A stretch of DNA of 64,000 nt from an uncultured Gemmatimonadales bacterium (GTDB lineage: Bacteria; Gemmatimonadota; Gemmatimonadetes; Longimicrobiales; RSA9): positions 4,928,001 to 4,992,000 of the forward strand of contig OY970192.1 of assembly GCA_963708135.1 (NCBI GenBank). The letters are read 5' to 3'. The notes below the pieces were generated by a model. That model was not told where the DNA came from. It was given only the letters and a program-made list of their open reading frames with translations, and did no database searches. Of the stretch, positions 9,574-19,548 are shown in pieces. Numbering within the stretch: the stretch's first letter is position 1; the number at the start of each line of letters is the position of its first letter. A program made the position numbers and the translations under genes.

Positions 9574-10176
9574 CTACTGGGACGGCTCGGCAGCGGGGCC
9601 GGGCTCCAGCTTGTCGATCGCGGCGGCGAGATCCTTGTACGCGGTCGGGTCGATCTCCCGGAACGGCGTTGCGGTGTAGGCGATGCGGCCGTCGGGGCCG
9701 ATCACGAACAGGTTGCGGTTGTCGAAGTTGCGGCCGGGGATGGTCGCGCCGTAGCGCCGGCCCAGCGCGCCATCGGCGTCGCTCGCCATGACGAACTGGA
9801 ACTGGTCGTCGTGCGCCCAGGCGGCCAGCGTGTCAACCGGATCGGTGCTCACGGCGATGAGCACGACGTTCTGGCCGGCGTGGAAGAGCTGCGCGTACTG
9901 ATCACGGTACGCGTGCATTTGAATCGTTCAGCCCTTGGTCCGGGCCTTTATGAAGAAGGACAGGACGACGGTCCTCCCCTTGAAGTCGCTCAACTGGATC
10001 GGCTCCTTCAGCACGCCGTAGCGCGTGGCCCCGGGGAGCGAGAAGTCGGGCGCGACGGTGCCGACCTCGAGGGGCGGGTGCGCCTCCTTCGTGGCCGGCT
10101 GCTGCTGTGCCGCGGCGCCCGCCAGGGGCAGCGCGGCGAGGCCGAGGGCGAGAAGCAATGAGCGGCTGCATCGCAT
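9574..10176 (-). CDS. Secreted AhpC/TSA (BCP/PrxQ-like) peroxiredoxin with in-frame UGA, predicted selenocysteine (Sec83)
   Basis: GGAGG RBS, ATG 10176, signal peptide, VGTVAPDFSL...LSDFKGRTVVLSFFIKARTKG-TGA(9930-9928)-TIQMHAYRD...VSTD...RNLFVIGPDG in one frame. TGA occupies the TxxC peroxidatic site. Confidence 0.85.
9890..9915 (-). promoter_or_regulatory. Candidate bacterial SECIS hairpin
   Basis: Starts 14 nt after the UGA: CGCGUAC-[CGUGAUCA]-GUACGCG, a perfect 7-bp stem with G at loop position 2. Confidence 0.65.
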
Positions 10177-10240
10177 GGAAGAGCCTCCGGAACGGGGAAA
10201 GCGAGAACCGGGACGGCAGTGAACATAAGGGGCCGGCGGG

Positions 10241-11836
<1,596 letters not shown>

Positions 11837-11846
11837 CGCTTCCGTG

Positions 11847-13397
11847 TCAGTCCATCATCAGCTCGACCTCGCCGTCGGCCATGTGGCCGGCGCGGGGGAG
11901 CAGGAGCGCGAGCGGCACGGCGACGAGGAAGAGGCCGGCCACGAGGACGAAGATGTGGTCGTACGCGAGCACCGTCGCCTGCCGCATCACCTGGAGGTTC
12001 ATGAGCGCGAGGGCGCGCTCGCGCGCCTGCGCGAGGCTCGCGCCGAGGCCGTGCATGGCCGCGGTCACCCTCGCGAGCCACTGATGCGCCACGGCGCTGC
12101 CGGTGTCCTCCGCCAGGATCGCGTGGTAGCGCGCCTGGCTGTGGGTCAGGATCGTCGCCACCGCCGCGATGCCGATGCTGCCCATCACCTGCCGCACCAC
12201 GTTGTAGAGCCCCGTGGCCGCCGTCATGCGCGTCCTCGGGATGGACGACAGCGCGGCCGTGCTGAGCGCCGCGAACAGGAAGCTGAACCCCGCGCCCGTG
12301 CACAGCTGCGGGACCACCAGGTTCCAGAGCCCGGTGTCGGACGTCATGTGCGAGAGCTGCACGTAGCCCGCGATGATGAAGCCGACCCCTGTCGCCACCA
12401 GCAGGCGCGGCCCGGCCCGGTTGTAGAGCCGCCCCGCGATCGGCATCACGACGAGCATGGCCAGGCTGCGCGGCATGAGCGCGATCCCCGACTGCATGGC
12501 CGTGAAGCCGAGCAGGTTCTCGAGGAAGAGCGGCAGCACGAACAGGCTGCCCATGAGCCCGGCCCCCATCACGCCGCCCAGGAAGGTGGCCGCCGTGAAC
12601 GGGATGTTCCTCAGCACCTTCAGGTCCACCGCGGGCCGCTCGGCCGTCAGCTCGCGCCAGATGAAGAGCCCCATCCCGACGGCGGCGATCACGGCCAGCC
12701 GCACGATGAACCCCGACTGGAACCAGTCGTTCCGCTCGCCCTCCTCGAGCATCAGCTGGAACGCGCCCAGCCCCGCGATCATCAGCCCCAGCCCCAGCAG
12801 GTCCAGCCTCGCCTTCGTGCGCTCCAGGTATGGCGGATCCTCGAGCACCCGCTGCACCATCAGCAGGTTCAGCAGCCCCAGCGGCACGTTGATGAAGAAG
12901 ACCCACGGCCACGAGTAGTGGTCCGTCAGCCACCCCCCCAGCGTGGGGCCGATGGCGGGCGCCAGCACCACGCCCATGCCGTACACGCCCATCGCCATGC
13001 CCTGCTCGGCCGGCGGGAAGCTCTCCCGCAGGATCGCCTGCGGCACCGTGATCAGGATCCCGCCCGAAAGCCCCTGCAGCGCGCGCGCCGCCACCAGCAT
13101 CGGCAGGCTCGCCGCCATGCCGCACAGCGCCGACGCCGCGGTGAACCCCACGATCGACAGCATGTACATGTTCTTCCGGCCCCACCGCGACGACAGCATC
13201 CCCACGATCGGCATCACCAGCACGTTCGCCAGGATGTAGCCGGTCACCACCCAGGTGATCTCCTCGACCGTCGCGCCCAGGTTCCCCGCCATGTCCGGCA
13301 GCGCCACGTTCACGATGCTCGAGTCCAGCACCGCCATCACGTTGCCGATCATCACCGTGCCCGCGATCACCCACTTGCCGTGGCGCGACTCGCTCAA
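11847..13397 (-). CDS. DHA2 (EmrB/QacA) 14-TM MFS efflux permease
   Basis: LDSSIVNVALP, WVVTGYILA, APAIGPTLGG, WPWVFFINVP; likely TTG start overlapping the marR stop (TTGA). Confidence 0.88.
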   Translation of the reverse strand: MSESRHGKWVIAGTVMIGNVMAVLDSSIVNVALPDMAGNLGATVEEITWVVTGYILANVLVMPIVGMLSSRWGRKNMYMLSIVGFTAASALCGMAASLPMLVAARALQGLSGGILITVPQAILRESFPPAEQGMAMGVYGMGVVLAPAIGPTLGGWLTDHYSWPWVFFINVPLGLLNLLMVQRVLEDPPYLERTKARLDLLGLGLMIAGLGAFQLMLEEGERNDWFQSGFIVRLAVIAAVGMGLFIWRELTAERPAVDLKVLRNIPFTAATFLGGVMGAGLMGSLFVLPLFLENLLGFTAMQSGIALMPRSLAMLVVMPIAGRLYNRAGPRLLVATGVGFIIAGYVQLSHMTSDTGLWNLVVPQLCTGAGFSFLFAALSTAALSSIPRTRMTAATGLYNVVRQVMGSIGIAAVATILTHSQARYHAILAEDTGSAVAHQWLARVTAAMHGLGASLAQARERALALMNLQVMRQATVLAYDHIFVLVAGLFLVAVPLALLLPRAGHMADGEVELMMD

Positions 13398-13900
13398 GAG
13401 GCCGCCGGAGACGGGGACGAAGACGAAGACGAAGACGGAGACGCGCGAGAGAAGCAGGGCAGGATGTGCTCCATGGCGGCCGCGACCTCCTCGCGCGCGG
13501 CGGCTGAGAGGACGGCCAGTCGCGCGGTCACCAGCGCCCGCGCCGCGGTGAAGTACTGCTCCACGCACGCGCGGCCCGCCGCCGTCGGCGTGAGCACCAG
13601 GCGACGTCGGTCCTCCGGGTCCGTCTCCCGCTCCAGCAGCCCCTTCCTCGCCAGCTCATCCAGCAGCCGCGAGACCGCCGGCCGGCTCAGCAGCAGCGCC
13701 TCCGCCAGCTGCGAGGGCCCGTACGACGCATCGGCCGCCACCATCGCCAGCGCCCGGAACTGCGGCAGGGTCAGCTCCGCGGGGCGCGCGTGCCACATCT
13801 GCGCCCGCACGTAGCGCGAGACGAGGAGCGCGGCCTCGAGCACGTCCGCGGCGCAGCGCTGGAGCGCGGCGGCGTCGGTTTCCGGTGTTAACTGTTGCAT
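13394..13900 (-). CDS. MarR family transcriptional regulator
   Basis: LTLPQFRAL, winged helix SRPAVSRLLDEL..GLL, DPEDRR; ATG at 13900. Confidence 0.88.
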   Translation of the reverse strand: MQQLTPETDAAALQRCAADVLEAALLVSRYVRAQMWHARPAELTLPQFRALAMVAADASYGPSQLAEALLLSRPAVSRLLDELARKGLLERETDPEDRRRLVLTPTAAGRACVEQYFTAARALVTARLAVLSAAAREEVAAAMEHILPCFSRASPSSSSSSSPSPAAS

Positions 13901-13935
13901 TCTGTTAACTATAATGGCTCCGGGCGGACGGTCAA
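13886..13935 (-). promoter_or_regulatory. Sigma70-type promoter of marR (leaderless) with overlapping candidate operator
   Basis: Minus strand TTGACC (13935-13930), 16 nt, TATAGT (13913-13908), 7 nt, ATG. TGTTAACT occurs at 13886 and 13903. Confidence 0.6.
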
Positions 13936-14181
13936 GGTGGTCGGGCGCCGCGGAGGTCGCGAGGGCCGGTATCGCGCCGCCGAGGGAGAGGCGGCCCGGG
14001 GTCTCCCACTCCCCCACTCTCCTCCTCTGCCGTTCCAGCCGCCGGGCAGACGCTACGCCGGCCCTTCCAGCCGCCGGAGCGAGCCCGGGCGCGGCAACGG
14101 CCCCGCGCCCAACGCTCGGGTGGAGGAAACGGTATGCCCGACGGGGGGTAGGGCAGCGGTGGAGGAACCGATTCCCTGGAG

Positions 14182-16254
14182 ATGAGAAGGGCCATGAGCG
14201 AGACGAGTCGCGGGATCCTGGGCCGGCTGACGGTCGGCGCGGCGGTGGTGGCCGTGCTGGCGGCGGCGCCGGCCGGGGCGCAGCAGCAGAAGCAGGCGCC
14301 GGCGCGTGCGCTGGGGGTGGACACGACGAACTTCGACCGTTCGGCGCGGCCGCAGGACGACTTCTACGAGTTCGTGAACGGCGGCTGGATGCAGAGGTCG
14401 GAGATTCCGCCGGATCGCTCGAGCTGGGGCTCGTTCGTGGAGCTGTCGGAGCGGAGCCAGGAGGCGGTGCGCGGGATCATCGAGGCGGCGGCGTCGTCGC
14501 ATGCGGCGAAGGGTACGGACGAGCAGAAGATCGGGGACTTCTACGAGAGCTTCATGGACACGGCGCGGATCGACGCGGCGGGGCTCGGGCCGCTCGAGGC
14601 GGAGCTGAAGCGGATCGCGGGGCTGTCCTCGGAGTCGCAGCTCCCGTCCGTGCTCGCGCACCTGGCGCGGATCGGCGTGGGCGGCCCGTTCGGCGCGTTC
14701 GTGGGGCAGGACCAGAAGAACTCGAACGCCTACATCGTGTCGGTGAGCCAGGGCGGGCTGGGGCTTCCGGACCGCGACTACTACCTGCGGCAGGACGCCA
14801 AGTTCGAAAGCATCCGCTCGGCCTACACGGCGTACCTGGGGAAGCTGTTCACGCTGGCGGGGCAGCCGGATCCGGCGGGCGCGGCGCGGCGGATCGTGGC
14901 GCTGGAGACGCGGCTGGCGGAGAAGCAGTGGCCGCGGGCGAAGATGCGCGACCGCGACGCGACGTACAACAAGCGGACGGTGGCGGAGCTGGACGGACTG
15001 ACGCCGTCGTTCTCGTGGGCGGGGTACCTGAAGGCGGCGGGGCTCTCGAAGTCGGCGGACGTGATCGTGCGGCAGCCGGACTACTTCCAGGCGCTGGACG
15101 GGATCCTGAAGGCGACGCCGGTCTCGACGTGGCGCGAGTACCTCACGGCCAGGCTGCTCTCCGACTACGCGGCGTACCTGCCGGCGGCGTACGAGACGGC
15201 GCGCTTCGACTTCTACGGCAAGGTGCTCTCCGGGCAGCAGGAGCAGGGGCCGCGCTGGAAGCGGGGCGTCTCGACGGTGCAGCGTGCGCTCGGCGAGGCG
15301 GTGGGGCGGGAGTACGTCGCGAAGTACTTCAAGCCGTCGGCCAAGGCGCGCATGGACCAGCTGGTGAAGAACATGCTCGCGGCGTACCGGCAGAGCATCG
15401 ACGAGCTGGACTGGATGAGCCCGGCCACGAAGAAGGCGGCGCAGGCCAAGCTGGCCAAGTTCACGGTCAAGATCGGCTATCCGGACCACTGGCGCGACTA
15501 CTCGAAGCTGGTGGTCGAGCCGCTCGACCTGATCGGCAACGAGATGCGCTCGCGCGAGTTCGGCTACGACGACATGGCGGGGCGGTTGGGCAAGCCGGTG
15601 GACCGCTCGCGCTGGGGGATGACGCCGCAGACGGTCAACGCGTACTACAACGCGACGAACAACGAGATCGTCTTCCCCGCGGCGATCCTGCAGCCGCCGT
15701 TCTTCAACCCCGAGGCGGATGACGCGGTGAACTACGGCGGCATCGGCGCCGTGATCGGGCACGAGATCAGCCACGGCTTCGACGACCAGGGCAGCAAGTC
15801 GGATGGCAACGGCAACCTGCGCGACTGGTGGACGCCCGCGGACCTGTCGGCGTTCAAGGCCCGCACGACGGCGCTGGCGGACGAGTACTCGGCGTACGTG
15901 CCGATCGACGACATCCACATCAACGGCCGGCTCACGCTGGGCGAGAACATCGGCGACCTGAGCGGGCTCACCGTGGCGCTGCGGGCCTACCACATGTCGC
16001 TGGGCGGCAGGCCCGCCCCGGTGATCGACGGCTACACGGGCGACCAGCGCTTCTTCCTCGGCTGGGCGCAGGTGTGGCGCACCAAGATGCGGCCCGAGGC
16101 GCTACGCCAGCAGCTGCTGACGAACCCGCACTCGCCGGGCCAGTACCGGGCCTTCGTGCCGCTCACGAACATGCCGGCGTTCTACAAGGCCTTCGGCGTC
16201 CAGCCCGGCGACAAGATGTGGCGGGACCCGAAGGATCGCGTGACGATCTGGTAG
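14182..16254 (+). CDS. M13 family zinc metallopeptidase (PepO/neprilysin-like), secreted
   Basis: DDFYEFVNG, VNAYY, GHEISH (HExxH), GENIGD, HSP. Confidence 0.95.
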   Translation: MRRAMSETSRGILGRLTVGAAVVAVLAAAPAGAQQQKQAPARALGVDTTNFDRSARPQDDFYEFVNGGWMQRSEIPPDRSSWGSFVELSERSQEAVRGIIEAAASSHAAKGTDEQKIGDFYESFMDTARIDAAGLGPLEAELKRIAGLSSESQLPSVLAHLARIGVGGPFGAFVGQDQKNSNAYIVSVSQGGLGLPDRDYYLRQDAKFESIRSAYTAYLGKLFTLAGQPDPAGAARRIVALETRLAEKQWPRAKMRDRDATYNKRTVAELDGLTPSFSWAGYLKAAGLSKSADVIVRQPDYFQALDGILKATPVSTWREYLTARLLSDYAAYLPAAYETARFDFYGKVLSGQQEQGPRWKRGVSTVQRALGEAVGREYVAKYFKPSAKARMDQLVKNMLAAYRQSIDELDWMSPATKKAAQAKLAKFTVKIGYPDHWRDYSKLVVEPLDLIGNEMRSREFGYDDMAGRLGKPVDRSRWGMTPQTVNAYYNATNNEIVFPAAILQPPFFNPEADDAVNYGGIGAVIGHEISHGFDDQGSKSDGNGNLRDWWTPADLSAFKARTTALADEYSAYVPIDDIHINGRLTLGENIGDLSGLTVALRAYHMSLGGRPAPVIDGYTGDQRFFLGWAQVWRTKMRPEALRQQLLTNPHSPGQYRAFVPLTNMPAFYKAFGVQPGDKMWRDPKDRVTIW

Positions 16255-16274
16255 CGCCGGCCTGAGGCCGGCGC

Positions 16275-16353
16275 CGCAAGGCGCAAGCGCAAGGCGCAAG
16301 CGCAGGACGCAAGGCGCAAGGCGCAAGCGCAAGACGCAAGCGCAAGCGCAAGC
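16275..16353 (+). repeat. GCGCAA(G) 6/7-mer tandem tract
   Basis: About a dozen imperfect GCGCAA/GGCGCAA units following a GC hairpin at 16254-16274. Confidence 0.8.
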
Positions 16354-16380
16354 ATGGGGGAGGGGGCGCTCCCCTGCGCT

Positions 16381-16491
16381 TGCTCTTGCTCTTGCTCTTG
16401 CTCTTGCTCTTGCTCTTGCTCTTGCTCTTGCTCTTGCTCTTGCTCTTGCTCTTGCTCTTGCTCTTGCTCTTGCTCTTGCTCTTGCTCTTGC
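16381..16491 (+). repeat. (TGCTCT)18 hexanucleotide microsatellite
   Basis: 18 perfect units at 16381-16488 plus a partial unit. Confidence 0.95.
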
Positions 16492-16586
16492 GGGTTGCGC
16501 TGGGTTAGCTTCAACATGGGTTCGGGTCTTCCCTCCTCTGGCTACCGCGCAGAACGCCGCGAAACCTGACCTGCCGGCCCCGCCCC

Positions 16587-16712
16587 CTGGCGATCTCTCC
16601 AGGAGCTTCTCCCGAGCCCAGGATGCATGACGTGTCGGCGGCCGCGAGTTCGAACGCGATGACGGACGTGCGCGGCTGGTTGCACTCGGCGCTGGCGGAA
16701 CATGCCCGCTGA
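16587..16712 (+). pseudogene. Possible decayed 3' remnant of an ECF sigma factor
   Basis: Short frame ending VRGWLHSALAEHAR* overlaps the kinase ATG; it resembles the ARGWL..AL C-terminus of kinase-associated ECFs. Confidence 0.3.
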
Positions 16713-19494
16713 ACGAGAGATCGGGGGAGCCGGAGCGCGCTGGACGGAGCTGCAGCGGGTCCTCGACGGAGCGCTCGACCTGCCGTCGGACGCGCGTGAA
16801 GCCTACCTGGCCCACGAATGCGAGTCGGATCCCGCGCTTCGATCGGAAGCCCGGGGACTGCTCCATGCGTGCGAGCGAGCGTCCCGACCGGGCGGCTTCC
16901 TGTCGGCGCCGGCGCTCTCCGTGGCGGCGCCCCTGTTCGCCGCCACGGATGACGCGGGTCTTCCGCGCACGGGCGATCCGGCTCCCGAGGGTCTCCTCGA
17001 GAAGCTCACGACCGCACTGGCGGGCCGCTACGCCGTGGAGAGGGAGATCGGTCGGGGAGGCATGGCCACCGTGTTCCTGGCTCGCGACCTTCGTCACGAC
17101 CGCGCCGTAGCCGTGAAAGTCGTGGATCCCGGGCTCGCGATCGGCGGAGGGCGTCGATTCCTGCGTGAGATCCGGACCGCGGCGCGTCTCAGCCACCCGC
17201 ACATCCTCGGTGTCCACGACTCGGGCGAGGCGGGTGGTCTGCTCTATTACGTGATGCCGTTCGTCGATGGCGAGACGCTGCGTGCGCGGCTCGCGCGAGA
17301 GCGGCCAATGCCCCTGGCGGACGCGCTGCGGATCCTGCGCGAGCTGGCCGACGCCGTGGCCTATGCCCACGCCCAGGCCGTCGTCCACCGTGACCTGAAG
17401 CCGGATAACGTGCTGCTCTCGTCGGGGCACGCCCTGGTAATGGACTTCGGAATCGCGCGGGCGATCGCGGCGGCGCGAACGCCGCTGCTGGACGCCGACG
17501 ACGCCACGGCCGACGCCGGCTCGGCGGACGAGTCGCGGATCACGGGGACCGGGCTGGCCATCGGGACGCCCGCGTACATGGCGCCCGAGCAGGCCGCCGG
17601 CGATGCGGGCACCGACCACCGCGCGGACCTGTACGCGCTCGGCGCGATCGCGTACGAGATGCTCGCGGGCGAGCACCCCTTCGGGGCGCGCCCCGCGCGT
17701 CAGATGCTGGCGGCGCACGTGACGCGCATGCCGGCGCCACTCTCGCGCCTGCGACCGGGCGTACCATCCGCCGTGTCGGCGCTGGTCATGCGCCTCCTCG
17801 CGAAGGACCCCGCGCAGCGCCCGCAGAGTGCCGGCGACGTGGTGTCGGCGCTGGACGCCGTGAGCGGTTCCACGCAGTCGCTGTGGCTCACCGGACGCCG
17901 GCGCGTTCTGGTCGCCACCGCCGTCGTCGCGCTGGCACTGACCGCAGTCGCGTACGCACTGCACATCGAGCGGAGCCGGAGCGGATCGCCGGCCGCGAAC
18001 GGTGCTATGGCCGGTCCGGTTGCGGGCGACGTCGCCCCGCGCACGCTCGCCGTGCTCCCATTCGTCAATACGAGCGGCTCACGCGACGACGACTACTTCA
18101 GCGACGGGCTCACGGACGAGCTCTCGTACGCGCTCGGCCGGCTGCCGGGTTTGAGTCTCGCGGGTCGCACGTCGGCGTACGTTTTCAAGGGAAAGACGGC
18201 GTCCGCGCAGGAGATCGGTCGGGCGCTGAGCGTGCAGGCGATCGTCAGCGGCACGGTCCGACGTTCGGGGGACCGGCTCCGGGTCGGGACGCAGCTCGTG
18301 AGCACGGCCGACGGCCGCGTGCTGTGGGACAGCGTCTACGAGAGCCGCTCCGGGGACGTGTTCGAGGTGCAGGAAGAGCTGACCCGCGCGATCGTGGCCG
18401 CGCTCGCGCCGAACCTGGTGAACACGCCCGCACTGGCCGTCGCCAGCAGCGGACGGGGCACGGAGGACCAGGAGGCGTACGACCTCTACCTGAAGGGGCT
18501 CTACTTCTGGCACCGGCGAGGCGCGCAGAACGTCACCCGCTCGATCGGCTACTTCCAGGAAGCCATCGCGCGTGATCCGAGGTTCGCCCGCGCGTACGCG
18601 AGCCTCGCGCTCGCCTACAGCGTCCTGCCGGTCTTCCAGCCCGATGCGGCCGACTCCGCGGTGGCGCTCACGACCAGCAACGCCGCGCGTGCCGTGGCGC
18701 TCGATTCGACGCTCCCCGAAGCCCATCTCGCGCTCGGCGCAGCCCTCGACTTTCAGCTGCGTTTCCGCGACGGCCTGCGCCAGGACCGGCTCGCGGTCGC
18801 CGTCGATCCGTCCTCGGCCTTCGCCCATCACGGGCTGGGATTCGACCTGCTCAACGTCGGCGAAACCGATGAAGCCATCGCGGAGCTGCGACGCGCCACC
18901 CAGCTGGATCCGCTCGCGCCGTCGGCCGGCAGCCTGTTCGGGCTCTCGCTTCTCTTCGCGCGCCGCTACGATGAATCGATCGCGGAGTTGCGCCGCGTCC
19001 TCGCCTTTGATTCCACGTTCCAGCTCGCGATCATGAACCTTGGACAGGCGCAGCTCTTCGCGGGCCAGGCCGACAGCGCCGTGCGGACCCTCGAGCGCGC
19101 CCGTCGTCTCGATCCGAGCGATACCAGGAACACGTCCTCGCTCCTCCTGGCGTACGCCGGCGCCGGCCGCTGGGCCGATGCCGCCCGCCTCCGGAAGCAG
19201 CTCCACGCCCCCGGCTCCTCCGAGCTCGACGCCGCCATGGCCGACCTGGCCTTCGGCGACTCGGCGCCGATCCTCCGCCTGCTCACGTCGGAGGAAGGAC
19301 AGCGCCACTACGTGTCGATTGGGTTTCTCTTCGGCTGCAGTCCCCTCATCGACCCGCTCTGGACCGACCCTCGTTTCCGCGCCGCGATGCACGCCCTCAC
19401 CATAGAGCCATGCCCCCTCGCGCGCCCATGGCCACTCGCGACCCACGCGCCCAGCCCCCAGCGACGCGAAGCGAGCGTGCCCCCCGCGAGGTGA
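16702..19494 (+). CDS. Hanks-type Ser/Thr protein kinase with TM, TolB-like and TPR domains
   Basis: GRGGMATV, VAVK, HRDLKPDN, DFG, GTPAYMAPE; TM segment; LAVLPFVN..DYFSDGLTDEL; TPR-like helices. Confidence 0.92.
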   Translation: MPAEREIGGAGARWTELQRVLDGALDLPSDAREAYLAHECESDPALRSEARGLLHACERASRPGGFLSAPALSVAAPLFAATDDAGLPRTGDPAPEGLLEKLTTALAGRYAVEREIGRGGMATVFLARDLRHDRAVAVKVVDPGLAIGGGRRFLREIRTAARLSHPHILGVHDSGEAGGLLYYVMPFVDGETLRARLARERPMPLADALRILRELADAVAYAHAQAVVHRDLKPDNVLLSSGHALVMDFGIARAIAAARTPLLDADDATADAGSADESRITGTGLAIGTPAYMAPEQAAGDAGTDHRADLYALGAIAYEMLAGEHPFGARPARQMLAAHVTRMPAPLSRLRPGVPSAVSALVMRLLAKDPAQRPQSAGDVVSALDAVSGSTQSLWLTGRRRVLVATAVVALALTAVAYALHIERSRSGSPAANGAMAGPVAGDVAPRTLAVLPFVNTSGSRDDDYFSDGLTDELSYALGRLPGLSLAGRTSAYVFKGKTASAQEIGRALSVQAIVSGTVRRSGDRLRVGTQLVSTADGRVLWDSVYESRSGDVFEVQEELTRAIVAALAPNLVNTPALAVASSGRGTEDQEAYDLYLKGLYFWHRRGAQNVTRSIGYFQEAIARDPRFARAYASLALAYSVLPVFQPDAADSAVALTTSNAARAVALDSTLPEAHLALGAALDFQLRFRDGLRQDRLAVAVDPSSAFAHHGLGFDLLNVGETDEAIAELRRATQLDPLAPSAGSLFGLSLLFARRYDESIAELRRVLAFDSTFQLAIMNLGQAQLFAGQADSAVRTLERARRLDPSDTRNTSSLLLAYAGAGRWADAARLRKQLHAPGSSELDAAMADLAFGDSAPILRLLTSEEGQRHYVSIGFLFGCSPLIDPLWTDPRFRAAMHALTIEPCPLARPWPLATHAPSPQRREASVPPAR

Positions 19495-19548
19495 AGCGAG
19501 CGTGCCCCGCCCGAAGGGCGGAACACCCCGCGCGCGGCGCGGCAAGGC

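Noticed and set aside
9574..9918. Stand-alone 114-aa gene plus an upstream truncated pseudogene
   Set aside because: Neither half has a catalytic residue; the stop falls exactly on the peroxidatic codon and is followed by a SECIS-like hairpin.
16182..16569. ORFs encoding QE, RA or CS dipeptide repeats
   Set aside because: They are translations of the TGCTCT microsatellite, some overlap real genes, and they lack RBS or domain features.
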